Both the position numbers and the translations under genes were made by a program. Source: an uncultured Chloroflexia bacterium (GTDB taxonomy: Bacteria; Chloroflexota; Limnocylindria; Limnocylindrales; CSP1-4). Taken from it: 64,000 bases of DNA. The DNA is taken from positions 83,965-147,964 of the forward strand of contig CAVYIM010000007.1 of NCBI GenBank assembly GCA_963768655.1, given 5' to 3'. This document shows positions 26,489 through 36,161 of the stretch, one piece after another (position 1 is the stretch's first letter; each line of letters starts with the position of its first letter). Below the pieces are notes generated by a model. That model did no database searches, had not been told where the DNA came from, and saw only the letters and a program-made list of their open reading frames with translations.

Positions 26489-27976
26489 CTATGCGCAGGG
26501 AGCGGGCGTGATCCCTTCCATGCCGTAGTAGCGGCTGTCGGCACCGAAGAGGTAGACGGACAGCCCGGCGACCATGGATAGCTTCAGCCGACTGGTCCAG
26601 GTGCCCTTCGTCAACGAGGACGCGGGATGGTAGTTGTAGGGCGGGCCCAGGACGCACTGCGAGATGGTGGTGGCCGCGACGTGCTGGGCCAGCGAGACGT
26701 AGTTGCGGGCCGTCTTGAGCGGGAAGTTGGTCTGGACCGTCTTGCCGGCAACGGCCAGGACGCTCGTGATGTAGCCGATGCCGGCGGCGCTGGTCAGCTT
26801 CTTGGCCAGGGCGATCAGTACGTCCTGCTGGCGGCGAGAACGCGTGTAGTCGTTGTCGCCGGAACCTTCGCGAGAACGCACGTACTTGAGCGTGGTGGCC
26901 CCGTCCATGCACTGGTAGCCCGCCGGAATAAACGTGCCGGTCGAGGGATCGTTGATGGCCCGCGGATTAGTGACGCAAACGCCGTTGGCGGCGTCCACTA
27001 GCTTGCCGAAGCCCGCGATGTCGACGATCACGTAGTAGTCGACCTTCAAACCCACGAGCCAGCCCACTTCTTTGGCGAGGGCGGTGGCGGGGGGATCGGG
27101 TGCGTGGATCGCGCCTTGGGCGACGAGGTTGGCGAAGTCGTTGATCTTGGTGTTGACGCCGGCGCTGCCGCCCCAGTAGAAGTCGAAGTTGGACGTGTCG
27201 CGGGGGATGCTGAGGATGGCGGCCTTGTACGTTTGGGTATCGACGCTCGCGATGAGGATCGAGTCGTTCATAGCATGGTGTCGTCCGGCCAGGAAATCGA
27301 GGCCGGTGAGCAGGACCGTGATCCGGTGAGAGGGGGCCGCGGTAGGGCTGGGGCTCGGCGTGGGTTCGGGCGAGCCGGTCGAGGCGGGAGTCCAGGCCGC
27401 CGCAGGCGAGGGACTGGCGGTGGCCGGGGCAGTTGCCAGGCCGGTCGGGGCCGGGGTCGGCTCGTCGGGTATCAGCTGGTTGGAGGCGACCTCGTTGTCG
27501 AAGTTGTACGCCCCCACCGCCAGGTCGGCCGCGAAGCCGTGGACCCCCACGACCGCGACGAGTAGGATGGCGACCACCACGACGTCAACTGTGCTCGGTC
27601 GGCGCCCGGAGCCTGCGACGGCGTAGGCGTGGATGATCGACGCCATGCGCCACAGGCCCATGAGACCGACGCCGGCGGCGAAACTCAGGGCGAAGGAATC
27701 GTCGAGGAAGCTGGCCCCGAAGTAGTCCAGGCCGTTGGCGAGCAGCAGGACCAGCCACGCGGCGGCAAGCACGACCGGGACCGCGAAGATCGCGGCGGAG
27801 ATTGGCCGGCGACTGTAGAGCTGCCCGAGCCCCGGCCAAACGCACGACAGCACAGCCGCGAGCAGCCGTGATCGTCCCGCAGCCCGGCTGGCCGGAGCGC
27901 CCTCGGGCAGGCGTTCTGGCCTCGAGGCCGGGTCAGTTTGAGCCGACTCAGGCGCTGGCTTTCCGGGGTCGCTCAT
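26489..27976 (-). CDS. LCP (LytR-CpsA-Psr) family cell-wall glycopolymer ligase, membrane-anchored
   Basis: N-terminal TM helices are followed by a PT linker. The LCP core reads ITVLLTGLDFLAGRHHAMNDSILIASVDTQTYKAAILSIPRDT ... KLVDAANGVCV ... QCMDGATTLKYVRSREGSGDNDYTRSRRQQDVL. Confidence 0.8.
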   Translation of the reverse strand: MSDPGKPAPESAQTDPASRPERLPEGAPASRAAGRSRLLAAVLSCVWPGLGQLYSRRPISAAIFAVPVVLAAAWLVLLLANGLDYFGASFLDDSFALSFAAGVGLMGLWRMASIIHAYAVAGSGRRPSTVDVVVVAILLVAVVGVHGFAADLAVGAYNFDNEVASNQLIPDEPTPAPTGLATAPATASPSPAAAWTPASTGSPEPTPSPSPTAAPSHRITVLLTGLDFLAGRHHAMNDSILIASVDTQTYKAAILSIPRDTSNFDFYWGGSAGVNTKINDFANLVAQGAIHAPDPPATALAKEVGWLVGLKVDYYVIVDIAGFGKLVDAANGVCVTNPRAINDPSTGTFIPAGYQCMDGATTLKYVRSREGSGDNDYTRSRRQQDVLIALAKKLTSAAGIGYITSVLAVAGKTVQTNFPLKTARNYVSLAQHVAATTISQCVLGPPYNYHPASSLTKGTWTSRLKLSMVAGLSVYLFGADSRYYGMEGITPAPCA

Positions 27977-28156
27977 CCGCCTTGAAACCTCTGTCCGGCG
28001 ACCGCCACGTTGTTGTCGACTGAGATCCTACGCCGCCGCTACGGGATCCTCGTGAACCCTAGAGCGGCGCGGCCCGGTGGGACGTCAAACGGTCGGACGG
28101 TGTGACTCGATAGCGCCTCCTGTCGGACCCCGGTCGAATTGTCGCCTGCCTGGGTG

Positions 28157-29346
28157 GGTGGTAACCTGCCGGCCTGGGTTGCCAACCCGACGCCCCCGCG
28201 CGAACCCCCTGTCACGGGAGACTGACACATGCGACAACTCGCTGCGGCAGTTCTCGAGGTCCCGCTTGCGGCCTTGGGCTATCTGTCCCGCTACGTCAGC
28301 CGCCGCTCCCTCTTCACCCAGCTGGCGATCGCCGGCGTAGCCGTCGCCCTCGTGGTGAGCGGTCTCCTGGTCGGCCTGCCGACCAGGACCACCGAGGCCA
28401 AGGAGCCCACGCCCTACGACCCGGCCTCGCCCACCGTGTCTCTCGCCAGCGTGGCCGAGGTAGGTGTCGAAGCGCCCTACGTCCTGGCGTTCACCGAGCC
28501 GATGAACCAGGGCAGCGTCGCCGACTCGCTGACCATCACGCCGGCCGCCCCGGTGCGCCTGGCCTGGGATGCCGCGGGCGAGACGCTCTCGATCGCCCCG
28601 GCCACCTACTGGGCGCCCTTCACGAGCTACGTCATCAGCGTCGCGGGCTCGGCCATGGATGAGTCGGGCATGCAGCTGGGCTCGCCCGTGACCGCCGGGT
28701 TCACCACCGGCGCCCTGACCTCGGGCCAGATCACCGCGACCGCCGTGAGCGGTGCCAACGTAGCGCCCACTTCGAACTTCCAGATCACCTTCTCCAGTCC
28801 GGTCAAGCTCGCCACCGTCCAGGCTCGCCTCTCCATCAGCCCGGTCGTGACCGGCACGATCAGCGGCGACGATCCCACCGACGTCAGCTCCCAGGTCTTC
28901 ACCTTCACGCCCGACGACATCCTGGCGGGCGGCACCACCTATACCGTCAGCTTCGATAGCTCCAACGCCACCGACTCCGCCGGCGTGGCCCTCCTGCCGG
29001 TGGATCCGCTCACGGTCCAGACCCTGGCCGCACCGGAAGTCATCAAGTTCCGGCCGGTGAACGGCAGCTCGACGGCCGATCCCAACCAGGTCCTCTCCGT
29101 GCGCTTCTCCGTGCCGATGAACCGGGCCTCGACCGCCGCCGCCTTCTCGGTCCTGGACAACGGCAAGCGAGTTCGCGGGGCCATCAGCTGGGCCGAGAAC
29201 AACACCGTCCTCGTCCTCGATCCGAACGTCAAGCTGACGCTCAATTCGACCGTCACCATGCACGTCGCCACGACGGCTCGCTCGGCTACCGGACAGCGAC
29301 TGGCCGCGGCGGCCAGCGCCAGCTTCAAGGTCGTGCGGCCGACGGT
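28157..29346. repeat. direct repeat copy A (1190 bp; appears identical to 30085..31274)
   Basis: The offset between copies is 1928 bp. Identity starts at ggtggtaacctgcc and ends at ...gtgcggccgacggt. Sense ORFs are identical for 372 aa, and antisense ORFs in other frames (28627..28938 vs 30555..30866) are also identical. This implies nucleotide identity. Confidence 0.9.
28159..28167 (+). promoter_or_regulatory. candidate extended -10 box TGgTAACCT for the first Ig/CAP gene (leader ~55 nt with GGGAG SD)
   Basis: The box lies 2 nt inside the left edge of the repeat. A 7-bp hairpin (GGTAACC / GGTTGCC, 28161-28184) follows, then GGGAG 9 nt before the ATG at 28229. Confidence 0.3.
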
Positions 29347-29869
29347 CCACAAGATCACCCCGGTCAAGGTCAAGAGCCCGCCTGCCCTGACGACCGCACC
29401 CTGGCATGCCGCCGAACTCTACATGCTGGCCCTGATGAACTGCACTCGGACCGGCGGCTGGGTCACCGCCAGCGGCTCCTGCAGCTCCGTCTCGCACAAT
29501 GTCCTCCCGGCCCAGGATCCGCTCGGGTTCGACGAAGGCATCGCCAGCAGGGTGTCGCGGCCGTACGCGAGGTACCTGGCCGACCGGAACGCGCTTTCCC
29601 ACTATCTGCTTGGTAGCCCCCACTCGCGACTGGCCGCTGCAGGTTATGGCAGCGGCACCTGGGGCGAGAACATCGCCTCGCCCTCGAATCCAAGACAGTC
29701 GGGCATGATCGCTGTCGAGCTCTTCTTCCAGAACGAGTACCGCTGTCAGCACAGCCGGTGTGAATTCACCCACTACGCCAACGTCATGAATGGGAGCTTC
29801 AACAGGGTCGGCATCGGCGTCTGGGTGACCAAGGGACACACCCGCGTCGTGATCGACTTCTACGGCTGA
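28229..29869 (+). CDS. membrane-anchored protein with three SbsA/Big_5-like Ig domains and a C-terminal CAP (SCP/PR-1, YkwD-like) domain, copy 1
   Basis: The signal anchor is LFTQLAIAGVAVALVVSGLLVGL. Three ~95-aa Ig-like modules are present (FTEPMNQGSV..., FSSPVKLATV..., FSVPMNRAST...). The C-terminus reads GENIASP...EFTHYANVMNGSFNRVGIGVWV, the H-Y-x-N-hM...GhG CAP signature. Confidence 0.75.
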   Translation: MRQLAAAVLEVPLAALGYLSRYVSRRSLFTQLAIAGVAVALVVSGLLVGLPTRTTEAKEPTPYDPASPTVSLASVAEVGVEAPYVLAFTEPMNQGSVADSLTITPAAPVRLAWDAAGETLSIAPATYWAPFTSYVISVAGSAMDESGMQLGSPVTAGFTTGALTSGQITATAVSGANVAPTSNFQITFSSPVKLATVQARLSISPVVTGTISGDDPTDVSSQVFTFTPDDILAGGTTYTVSFDSSNATDSAGVALLPVDPLTVQTLAAPEVIKFRPVNGSSTADPNQVLSVRFSVPMNRASTAAAFSVLDNGKRVRGAISWAENNTVLVLDPNVKLTLNSTVTMHVATTARSATGQRLAAAASASFKVVRPTVHKITPVKVKSPPALTTAPWHAAELYMLALMNCTRTGGWVTASGSCSSVSHNVLPAQDPLGFDEGIASRVSRPYARYLADRNALSHYLLGSPHSRLAAAGYGSGTWGENIASPSNPRQSGMIAVELFFQNEYRCQHSRCEFTHYANVMNGSFNRVGIGVWVTKGHTRVVIDFYG

Positions 29870-30084
29870 TCGGCAGCGGCCGGTCCGGCGGTGCCTTCTG
29901 GTCGCGCTGCGGCGCCCTGCCAGGGGCAGCGAGACGTCCGCGCGGGCAGAGACTACGCCGCCACCGGACGCGTCGCGATACCGCAGCCTGCCCGGGACAG
30001 CGAGGCCGACCGGGTCCGGCGCCACCCCGCCCCCACGTGGCCAGGATCTTGCCGAACCCGCCGATTTGCCGACTTTTCGGACAT

Positions 30085-31274
30085 GGTGGTAACCTGCCGG
30101 CCTGGGTTGCCAACCCGACGCCCCCGCGCGAACCCCCTGTCACGGGAGACTGACACATGCGACAACTCGCTGCGGCAGTTCTCGAGGTCCCGCTTGCGGC
30201 CTTGGGCTATCTGTCCCGCTACGTCAGCCGCCGCTCCCTCTTCACCCAGCTGGCGATCGCCGGCGTAGCCGTCGCCCTCGTGGTGAGCGGTCTCCTGGTC
30301 GGCCTGCCGACCAGGACCACCGAGGCCAAGGAGCCCACGCCCTACGACCCGGCCTCGCCCACCGTGTCTCTCGCCAGCGTGGCCGAGGTAGGTGTCGAAG
30401 CGCCCTACGTCCTGGCGTTCACCGAGCCGATGAACCAGGGCAGCGTCGCCGACTCGCTGACCATCACGCCGGCCGCCCCGGTGCGCCTGGCCTGGGATGC
30501 CGCGGGCGAGACGCTCTCGATCGCCCCGGCCACCTACTGGGCGCCCTTCACGAGCTACGTCATCAGCGTCGCGGGCTCGGCCATGGATGAGTCGGGCATG
30601 CAGCTGGGCTCGCCCGTGACCGCCGGGTTCACCACCGGCGCCCTGACCTCGGGCCAGATCACCGCGACCGCCGTGAGCGGTGCCAACGTAGCGCCCACTT
30701 CGAACTTCCAGATCACCTTCTCCAGTCCGGTCAAGCTCGCCACCGTCCAGGCTCGCCTCTCCATCAGCCCGGTCGTGACCGGCACGATCAGCGGCGACGA
30801 TCCCACCGACGTCAGCTCCCAGGTCTTCACCTTCACGCCCGACGACATCCTGGCGGGCGGCACCACCTATACCGTCAGCTTCGATAGCTCCAACGCCACC
30901 GACTCCGCCGGCGTGGCCCTCCTGCCGGTGGATCCGCTCACGGTCCAGACCCTGGCCGCACCGGAAGTCATCAAGTTCCGGCCGGTGAACGGCAGCTCGA
31001 CGGCCGATCCCAACCAGGTCCTCTCCGTGCGCTTCTCCGTGCCGATGAACCGGGCCTCGACCGCCGCCGCCTTCTCGGTCCTGGACAACGGCAAGCGAGT
31101 TCGCGGGGCCATCAGCTGGGCCGAGAACAACACCGTCCTCGTCCTCGATCCGAACGTCAAGCTGACGCTCAATTCGACCGTCACCATGCACGTCGCCACG
31201 ACGGCTCGCTCGGCTACCGGACAGCGACTGGCCGCGGCGGCCAGCGCCAGCTTCAAGGTCGTGCGGCCGACGGT
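30085..31274. repeat. direct repeat copy B (see 28157..29346)
   Basis: Same evidence as copy A. The sequence diverges at 31275 (t versus c at 29347). Confidence 0.9.
30087..30095 (+). promoter_or_regulatory. candidate extended -10 box TGgTAACCT for the second Ig/CAP gene
   Basis: Duplicated together with the repeat. The sequence upstream of it (the -35 region) is not duplicated. Confidence 0.3.
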
Positions 31275-31791
31275 TTACCGGATCAGCTGGTCGGGTGGAG
31301 TCGCCTCGAAGACCGCGCCATGGCATCCGATGGAGCTCTATTACCTGAAGCTGATGAACTGCACTCGGACGGGCGGCTGGGTCACCGCCAGCGGCTCCTG
31401 CAGCTCCGTCACGCACCACGTGATGCCGGCCCAGGATCCGCTCTCGTACAACGCCGGAATCTCCAACGCGGTCTCGCGACCTTACTCGAAAGCCCTTGCG
31501 GACCGCGGCTTACTGACCCACTACCTCAACGGCACGACGGTTCACTCGCGGCTGACCGCTGCGGGCTTCCCCAGCGGCTCGTGGGGCGAGAACCTGTCGT
31601 CGCCGATCTCATCCGGGGCCGCCGGGATGATTCACACCGAGCTCTACTTCCAGAGTGAATACCGCTGCCAGCGCGGCCAGTGTGAGTTTGCGCACTACTA
31701 CAACATCATGGACCCGTACTTCCACAGTGCCGGTATCGGCATATGGGTCTCCCATGGTCACGTCAGGCTGACGATCGACTTCTACGGCTGA
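30157..31791 (+). CDS. membrane-anchored Ig-domain / CAP-domain protein, copy 2
   Basis: The first 372 aa are identical to copy 1. The C-terminal CAP domain has diverged (GENLSSP...EFAHYYNIMDPYFHSAGIGIWV). Confidence 0.75.
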   Translation: MRQLAAAVLEVPLAALGYLSRYVSRRSLFTQLAIAGVAVALVVSGLLVGLPTRTTEAKEPTPYDPASPTVSLASVAEVGVEAPYVLAFTEPMNQGSVADSLTITPAAPVRLAWDAAGETLSIAPATYWAPFTSYVISVAGSAMDESGMQLGSPVTAGFTTGALTSGQITATAVSGANVAPTSNFQITFSSPVKLATVQARLSISPVVTGTISGDDPTDVSSQVFTFTPDDILAGGTTYTVSFDSSNATDSAGVALLPVDPLTVQTLAAPEVIKFRPVNGSSTADPNQVLSVRFSVPMNRASTAAAFSVLDNGKRVRGAISWAENNTVLVLDPNVKLTLNSTVTMHVATTARSATGQRLAAAASASFKVVRPTVYRISWSGGVASKTAPWHPMELYYLKLMNCTRTGGWVTASGSCSSVTHHVMPAQDPLSYNAGISNAVSRPYSKALADRGLLTHYLNGTTVHSRLTAAGFPSGSWGENLSSPISSGAAGMIHTELYFQSEYRCQRGQCEFAHYYNIMDPYFHSAGIGIWVSHGHVRLTIDFYG

Positions 31792-31947
31792 CGGCCGTCC
31801 GGCCGGGGAGGGCCCCGTCCGGCGGCGGCGCCACCGCCGCGGTACCGGCGGCTGAGCAGGCGCAGTACGTCAGGTCCGTGGACGGCGGGGCTCGCAACGC
31901 CGATAACTCCCGTGAGTGCCGCTCGCCGGGCGGCCAGTGGGTGACGC

Positions 31948-32421
31948 ATGCTCCGCGACGTCGTGGTCCACCTTCATAACGAACAGCCGATTCTGGCCGA
32001 CCTCGTGGCGGAGCCGACCGCGACCGATACGTGCCTGATATGCACGAACCTGCGAACCACCAACGGCCAGACGCCGGTATTCGTCGAGCGCGGCGACTCG
32101 ACGTTCGTCTTTCCGCTGGCCCACATCAAATTCGTGGAGATCCGCGCGGCGTCGGCCGTGGAGGGCGAAGCCGCGGCACCGCCACAGGTCGCCGCCGAGC
32201 AGCCCAGAGCGGGCAGGGGCGGCAGGAGCGGCAAGAGTGGCAAGCCCGCTGTGCCCGGGGATGAGGCTGCCGACTATGCGGCGTCGCCGCTGCAGCGACT
32301 GGCGTGGGTCAGCGGCGATGCGGGCGCCCCTCCTGCGGAGCCGGCATCGGAGGTGACCGAGGGGTCTGAAATGGCCGAGGTGGACGAAGGAGAGCTCCTG
32401 CGGCGCGTCCGCGAGGTCTGA
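31948..32421 (+). CDS. hypothetical protein (compact N-terminal ~70-aa domain plus disordered acidic/Ala-rich tail)
   Basis: 157-aa ORF with an ATG start and coding-like composition. The N-terminus is MLRDVVVHLHNEQPILADLVAEPTATDTCLICTNLRTTNGQTPVFVERGDSTFVFPLAHIKFVEI. No family recognised. Confidence 0.45.
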   Translation: MLRDVVVHLHNEQPILADLVAEPTATDTCLICTNLRTTNGQTPVFVERGDSTFVFPLAHIKFVEIRAASAVEGEAAAPPQVAAEQPRAGRGGRSGKSGKPAVPGDEAADYAASPLQRLAWVSGDAGAPPAEPASEVTEGSEMAEVDEGELLRRVREV

Positions 32422-32488
32422 GGTTGCCTTCTCGACTCTCGCGATTCGCGCCCGCACCGAGCAGCGGAACGGCCGGGTAATTGCCTGA

Positions 32489-32497
32489 TGCTAGACT
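32489..32497 (+). promoter_or_regulatory. candidate extended -10 box TGcTAGACT, 7 nt upstream of the topA ATG (leaderless arrangement)
   Basis: The sequence is gaTGcTAGACTcccgccgATG, with no SD. Confidence 0.4.
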
Positions 32498-32504
32498 CCC
32501 GCCG

Positions 32505-34979
32505 ATGAGCGGCAACCTTGTGATCGTCGAATCGCCCGCCAAGGCGAAGACGATAGAACGCTATCTGGGCCCGGGCTACACGGTTCTGGCGTCGTACGGA
32601 CACGTCCGGGACCTGCCGGAAAACCCCGGCAAGAACCAGCTCGGCGTCGACGTCGAGCACGACTTCGCGCCCGTGTACGAGGTCGTGGCGGACCGCAGGA
32701 AGCAACTGGCGGCGATCCAGAAGGAGGCCTTGCGCGCCGACCTGATCTACCTCGCCACCGACCTCGACCGCGAAGGCGAGGCCATCGCCTGGCACGTATC
32801 CGAGGCGGCCGGGCTGGCTCCGGAGAGGACCCGCCGAGTGACTTTCTCCGAGATCACCGAGGCGGCCATCAAGAAGGCTTTCGCGGAACCGCGCTCCATC
32901 GACATAAACCTGGTGGACGCGCAGCAGGCGCGCCGAGTGGTCGACCGCCTGGTCGGCTACACGCTGAGCCCGCTGCTGTGGCGAAAGGTCAGGGCAGGGC
33001 TTTCGGCCGGCCGCGTCCAGTCAGTCGCGGTTCGGCTGGTCGTGGATCGCGAGCGCGAGATCCGCGCCTTCCTGGCCCGCGAGTACTGGACCCTCAAGGT
33101 GACTCTCCTCGCGCCCGATGGATCGCCGTTCGAGGCGGATCTGGCCCGCATCGGCGGCAAGAAGCCCGACATCGGCGACGGCGAGACGGCGGAGCGCCAT
33201 GCCGCGGCGATCCGGTCCAGCCACCCGATCGTGACCGAGGTTTCGGTCAAGCAGGCCAACCGCAACCCGGCGCCGCCGTTCACCACCTCGAGCCTGCAGC
33301 AGGAGGCGAGCCGCAAGCTCGGCTTCTCGCCCAAGCGGACGATGAGTGCCGCCCAGCGCCTGTACGAAGGCGTTGCTACTGACGAGGGCCAGGTCGGCCT
33401 CATCACCTACATGCGAACCGATTCGGTAGCGCTCTCAAGCCAGGCTATGGCCGAGGCGGCGCGCGTCGTCGAGTCCCGCTTTGGCGAGCCTTACACCACG
33501 CCCAGGGGCCGCGCCTTCAAGACCAGGACGCGCAATGCCCAGGAAGCCCACGAGGCGATCCGGCCGACTTCCTTCTGGCGTGACCCGGAGGCCGCGGCCA
33601 GGTTCCTCAAGAGCGACGAAGCACGCCTGTACAGGCTGATCTGGCAACGCGCGCTGGCCAGTCAGATGGCCGCCAAGGAGCAGGAGACGACGACCGCCGA
33701 ACTCGCGGCCGACGAGTATGACCTCCGAGCGACTGCCACTAGGACCACCTTCGACGGCTTCTCACGCGTATACACCGAGGGCCAGGACGATTCCGAGGAA
33801 GAGAAGGAGTGCAGTCTGCCGCCGCTGCGCGAGCGGGACGTGACGACCGTCCGGGGAGTGGACAGCCAGCAGCACTTCACCGAGCCGCCGCCACGCTACA
33901 CGGAGGCAACACTCATCAAGGCCCTGGAGGACCACGGCATCGGCCGACCGTCCACTTACGCGGCCACGATCTCGACGATCGTGGATCGCGGCTACGTCAA
34001 GGTGAAGGAGCGCCGGCTCCATCCCGAGCCGGTGGGCGAGATAGTGACGGACCTGCTCGTCTGCCACTTCGGCGAGTTCGTGGACCTCGAGTTCACGGCT
34101 CGCATGGAGGAGGAGCTCGACGACGTCGCCAGCGGCAAACGAGCCTGGGTTCCGGTGGTGCGGGAGTTCTATTCGCCATTCCGGACCCGCATCGAGGAGA
34201 AGACCAAGGAGTTGCGGCGGGCGGATTTCACGACGCGGCCGTCCGAAGAGGTGTGCTCGCAGGGCCACCCGATGGTGATCAGGCTCGGCCGATACGGCGA
34301 GTTCCTGGCCTGTTCGATGTACCCGGAACACAAGGAGACCCGCGAGCTCCCCGGGGCCGACGGTCGAGCGCCGGGCACGCCGGCTGTCGGGTCCGACGGG
34401 GCGCCGGCCGAACCGGCGCCGGTCGAAGCCTGCCCCAAGTGCGGGGAGGCCGAAGGCGGCGTGCTCGTGCAGCGTCGCGGCCGTTTCGGGCCGTTCATGG
34501 GCTGCTCGCGGTACCCCGACTGCGACTACATCAAGAAGGATGGTCCGCCGCCACCTGATCCTCTGGGCTTCGACGTGACGTGCCCAACCTGCCATCAGGG
34601 GAAGCTCGCGACGAGGCGGGCGCGCCGCACGGGCTCGCTCTTCTGGGGCTGCTCGCGCTACCCGAAGTGCGACTACACGACCTCGCACGAGCCTCTCGGC
34701 GCCGTCCACGACGCCGATGGTGGACCGGTGGCCAGGGCCGGCGACGGGGCCCTGTGTCTCGTGTGCGGCGCGGCCGTGGAGCTGCCACCCGGCAAGGATC
34801 TCGCGGGCAAGCGGCTGCCGGGCGGCGAGCCGAATCCCGCGGCGCTGGCCCGGCCGAACTCCAACGGCGCGCCCCGACGATCCCGGGCCAGATCCGCGAG
34901 GAGTGGCGGGGCGTCCCGTGCCTCTTCCACGCGCAGAACCGCGGGGAAACGCGCCTCCGGCGCCCGCGACGACGGATGA
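32505..34979 (+). CDS. topA: DNA topoisomerase I
   Basis: The Toprim region reads [22 protein letters not shown] and [14 protein letters not shown]. The active-site region is ITYMRTDS. C-terminal zinc ribbons are CPKCG...C..C and CPTCHQG...C..C, followed by a basic tail. The ATG at 32505 fits the conserved N-terminus. Confidence 0.92.
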   Translation: MSGNLVIVESPAKAKTIERYLGPGYTVLASYGHVRDLPENPGKNQLGVDVEHDFAPVYEVVADRRKQLAAIQKEALRADLIYLATDLDREGEAIAWHVSEAAGLAPERTRRVTFSEITEAAIKKAFAEPRSIDINLVDAQQARRVVDRLVGYTLSPLLWRKVRAGLSAGRVQSVAVRLVVDREREIRAFLAREYWTLKVTLLAPDGSPFEADLARIGGKKPDIGDGETAERHAAAIRSSHPIVTEVSVKQANRNPAPPFTTSSLQQEASRKLGFSPKRTMSAAQRLYEGVATDEGQVGLITYMRTDSVALSSQAMAEAARVVESRFGEPYTTPRGRAFKTRTRNAQEAHEAIRPTSFWRDPEAAARFLKSDEARLYRLIWQRALASQMAAKEQETTTAELAADEYDLRATATRTTFDGFSRVYTEGQDDSEEEKECSLPPLRERDVTTVRGVDSQQHFTEPPPRYTEATLIKALEDHGIGRPSTYAATISTIVDRGYVKVKERRLHPEPVGEIVTDLLVCHFGEFVDLEFTARMEEELDDVASGKRAWVPVVREFYSPFRTRIEEKTKELRRADFTTRPSEEVCSQGHPMVIRLGRYGEFLACSMYPEHKETRELPGADGRAPGTPAVGSDGAPAEPAPVEACPKCGEAEGGVLVQRRGRFGPFMGCSRYPDCDYIKKDGPPPPDPLGFDVTCPTCHQGKLATRRARRTGSLFWGCSRYPKCDYTTSHEPLGAVHDADGGPVARAGDGALCLVCGAAVELPPGKDLAGKRLPGGEPNPAALARPNSNGAPRRSRARSARSGGASRASSTRRTAGKRASGARDDG

Positions 34980-36082
34980 CCTCGGGCGCGGGTCCGGGCG
35001 CTGACGGGGCCGCGGCGGCGGTCGAGAGGTTCCTGCAGGCGCTCCGGGCACGGGGTTCATCGGTGCACACCATCCGCTCCTACCGGACGGCTCTGGAAGG
35101 CTACACGAGCTGGCTGTCGACCAACGGCTTCGACTGGCGGTCCCCATCCCGAGCCGCTCTGCGGGCCTTCCTGGGGTCGCTGTCGGAAGGGCACGGCCGG
35201 CGCACCGTGGCACAGCGGTTGGCCGCGTTGCGGTCGTTCTATCGCTTTGCGACGCGCGAGGAGCTGGTCGCCGGGAACCCGCTGGCGGCCCTGCCGACGC
35301 CACGGCAACCGCGCCGGCTGCCGGCCGTTCTCTCGATTGCCGATACCGAGCGGCTGATCGAAACAGCGAGCGAGGAAGGGGACTGGGCGCCTGCCGGAAC
35401 GGCGCGCGCGGTGCTGGAGCGCGCCCTGGCATTACGGGACGTGGCGATCGTGGAGACGGCCTATGCAGCCGGCCTGCGGATCGGGGAGCTGGCCGCGCTC
35501 AGCATAGGTTCGGTGGACCTGCGCCGCGGCGAGGTGCGCGTGACCGGCAAGGGCCGAAAAGAGCGCATCTCGCTGTTAGGGCGCCCCGCGCGGGCGGCGC
35601 TGGCGGCCTACATCGACGCCGGGCGGCCGGCGCTCGCCAGACGGGCGGCGCCGGCGGTAGACGGCACGCCCCGGGGCGCGGCCACCAGAGCCGGCCGTGT
35701 GGCCAGCAGCGCTGGCGGCGCCCGTGAAGCGGCAGGGCCGGACACCGGCGTCCTCTTCCTGAACCACCGAGGTGCGGCGTTGGGCGCGCGCGGCATGCGC
35801 TGGCGGCTGGACCGGCTGCGCGTCGCTGCCGGCTTGCCGGAGGGGGTCTCGCCCCACACGCTCCGCCACAGCTTCGCCACGCACCTGCTCGACGGCGGCG
35901 CGGATCTGCGAGTGGTCCAGGAGCTGCTCGGCCATGAGAGTCTGGCGACCACGCAGATCTACACGCATGTTTCGCCGGCGCGCTTGCGGGCCGCGTACAC
36001 TGCCTCCCATCCGCGGGCGCGGCTGCAGGACGCGAACGGAGCAGCCGACGCCGGCCCTTCGTCGGATGGCACCGCGGAGTAG
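34976..36082 (+). CDS. xerC: tyrosine recombinase XerC/XerD family
   Basis: ATG overlaps the topA stop (ATGA at 34976-34979). The N-terminal SAM-like domain reads [28 protein letters not shown]. Catalytic motifs are AAGLRIGEL and [39 protein letters not shown]. Confidence 0.85.
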   Translation: MTSGAGPGADGAAAAVERFLQALRARGSSVHTIRSYRTALEGYTSWLSTNGFDWRSPSRAALRAFLGSLSEGHGRRTVAQRLAALRSFYRFATREELVAGNPLAALPTPRQPRRLPAVLSIADTERLIETASEEGDWAPAGTARAVLERALALRDVAIVETAYAAGLRIGELAALSIGSVDLRRGEVRVTGKGRKERISLLGRPARAALAAYIDAGRPALARRAAPAVDGTPRGAATRAGRVASSAGGAREAAGPDTGVLFLNHRGAALGARGMRWRLDRLRVAAGLPEGVSPHTLRHSFATHLLDGGADLRVVQELLGHESLATTQIYTHVSPARLRAAYTASHPRARLQDANGAADAGPSSDGTAE

Positions 36083-36161
36083 CGGCTGGGTTGCCCTGGC
36101 CGGGCCGCCGGCTCGTCAAAGTGGCAACCCATCCGCCGCGCGACATACGGAGGCAAGCTGG

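Noticed and set aside
28085-31419. Very long minus-strand ORFs (28085..30025, 646 aa; 29953..31419, 488 aa) covering the Ig/CAP genes
   Set aside because: They are antisense shadow frames of convincing + strand genes. They are extremely Arg/Gly/Asp-rich and low in complexity, with no motifs. Their mutual identity simply reflects the 1190-bp DNA repeat.
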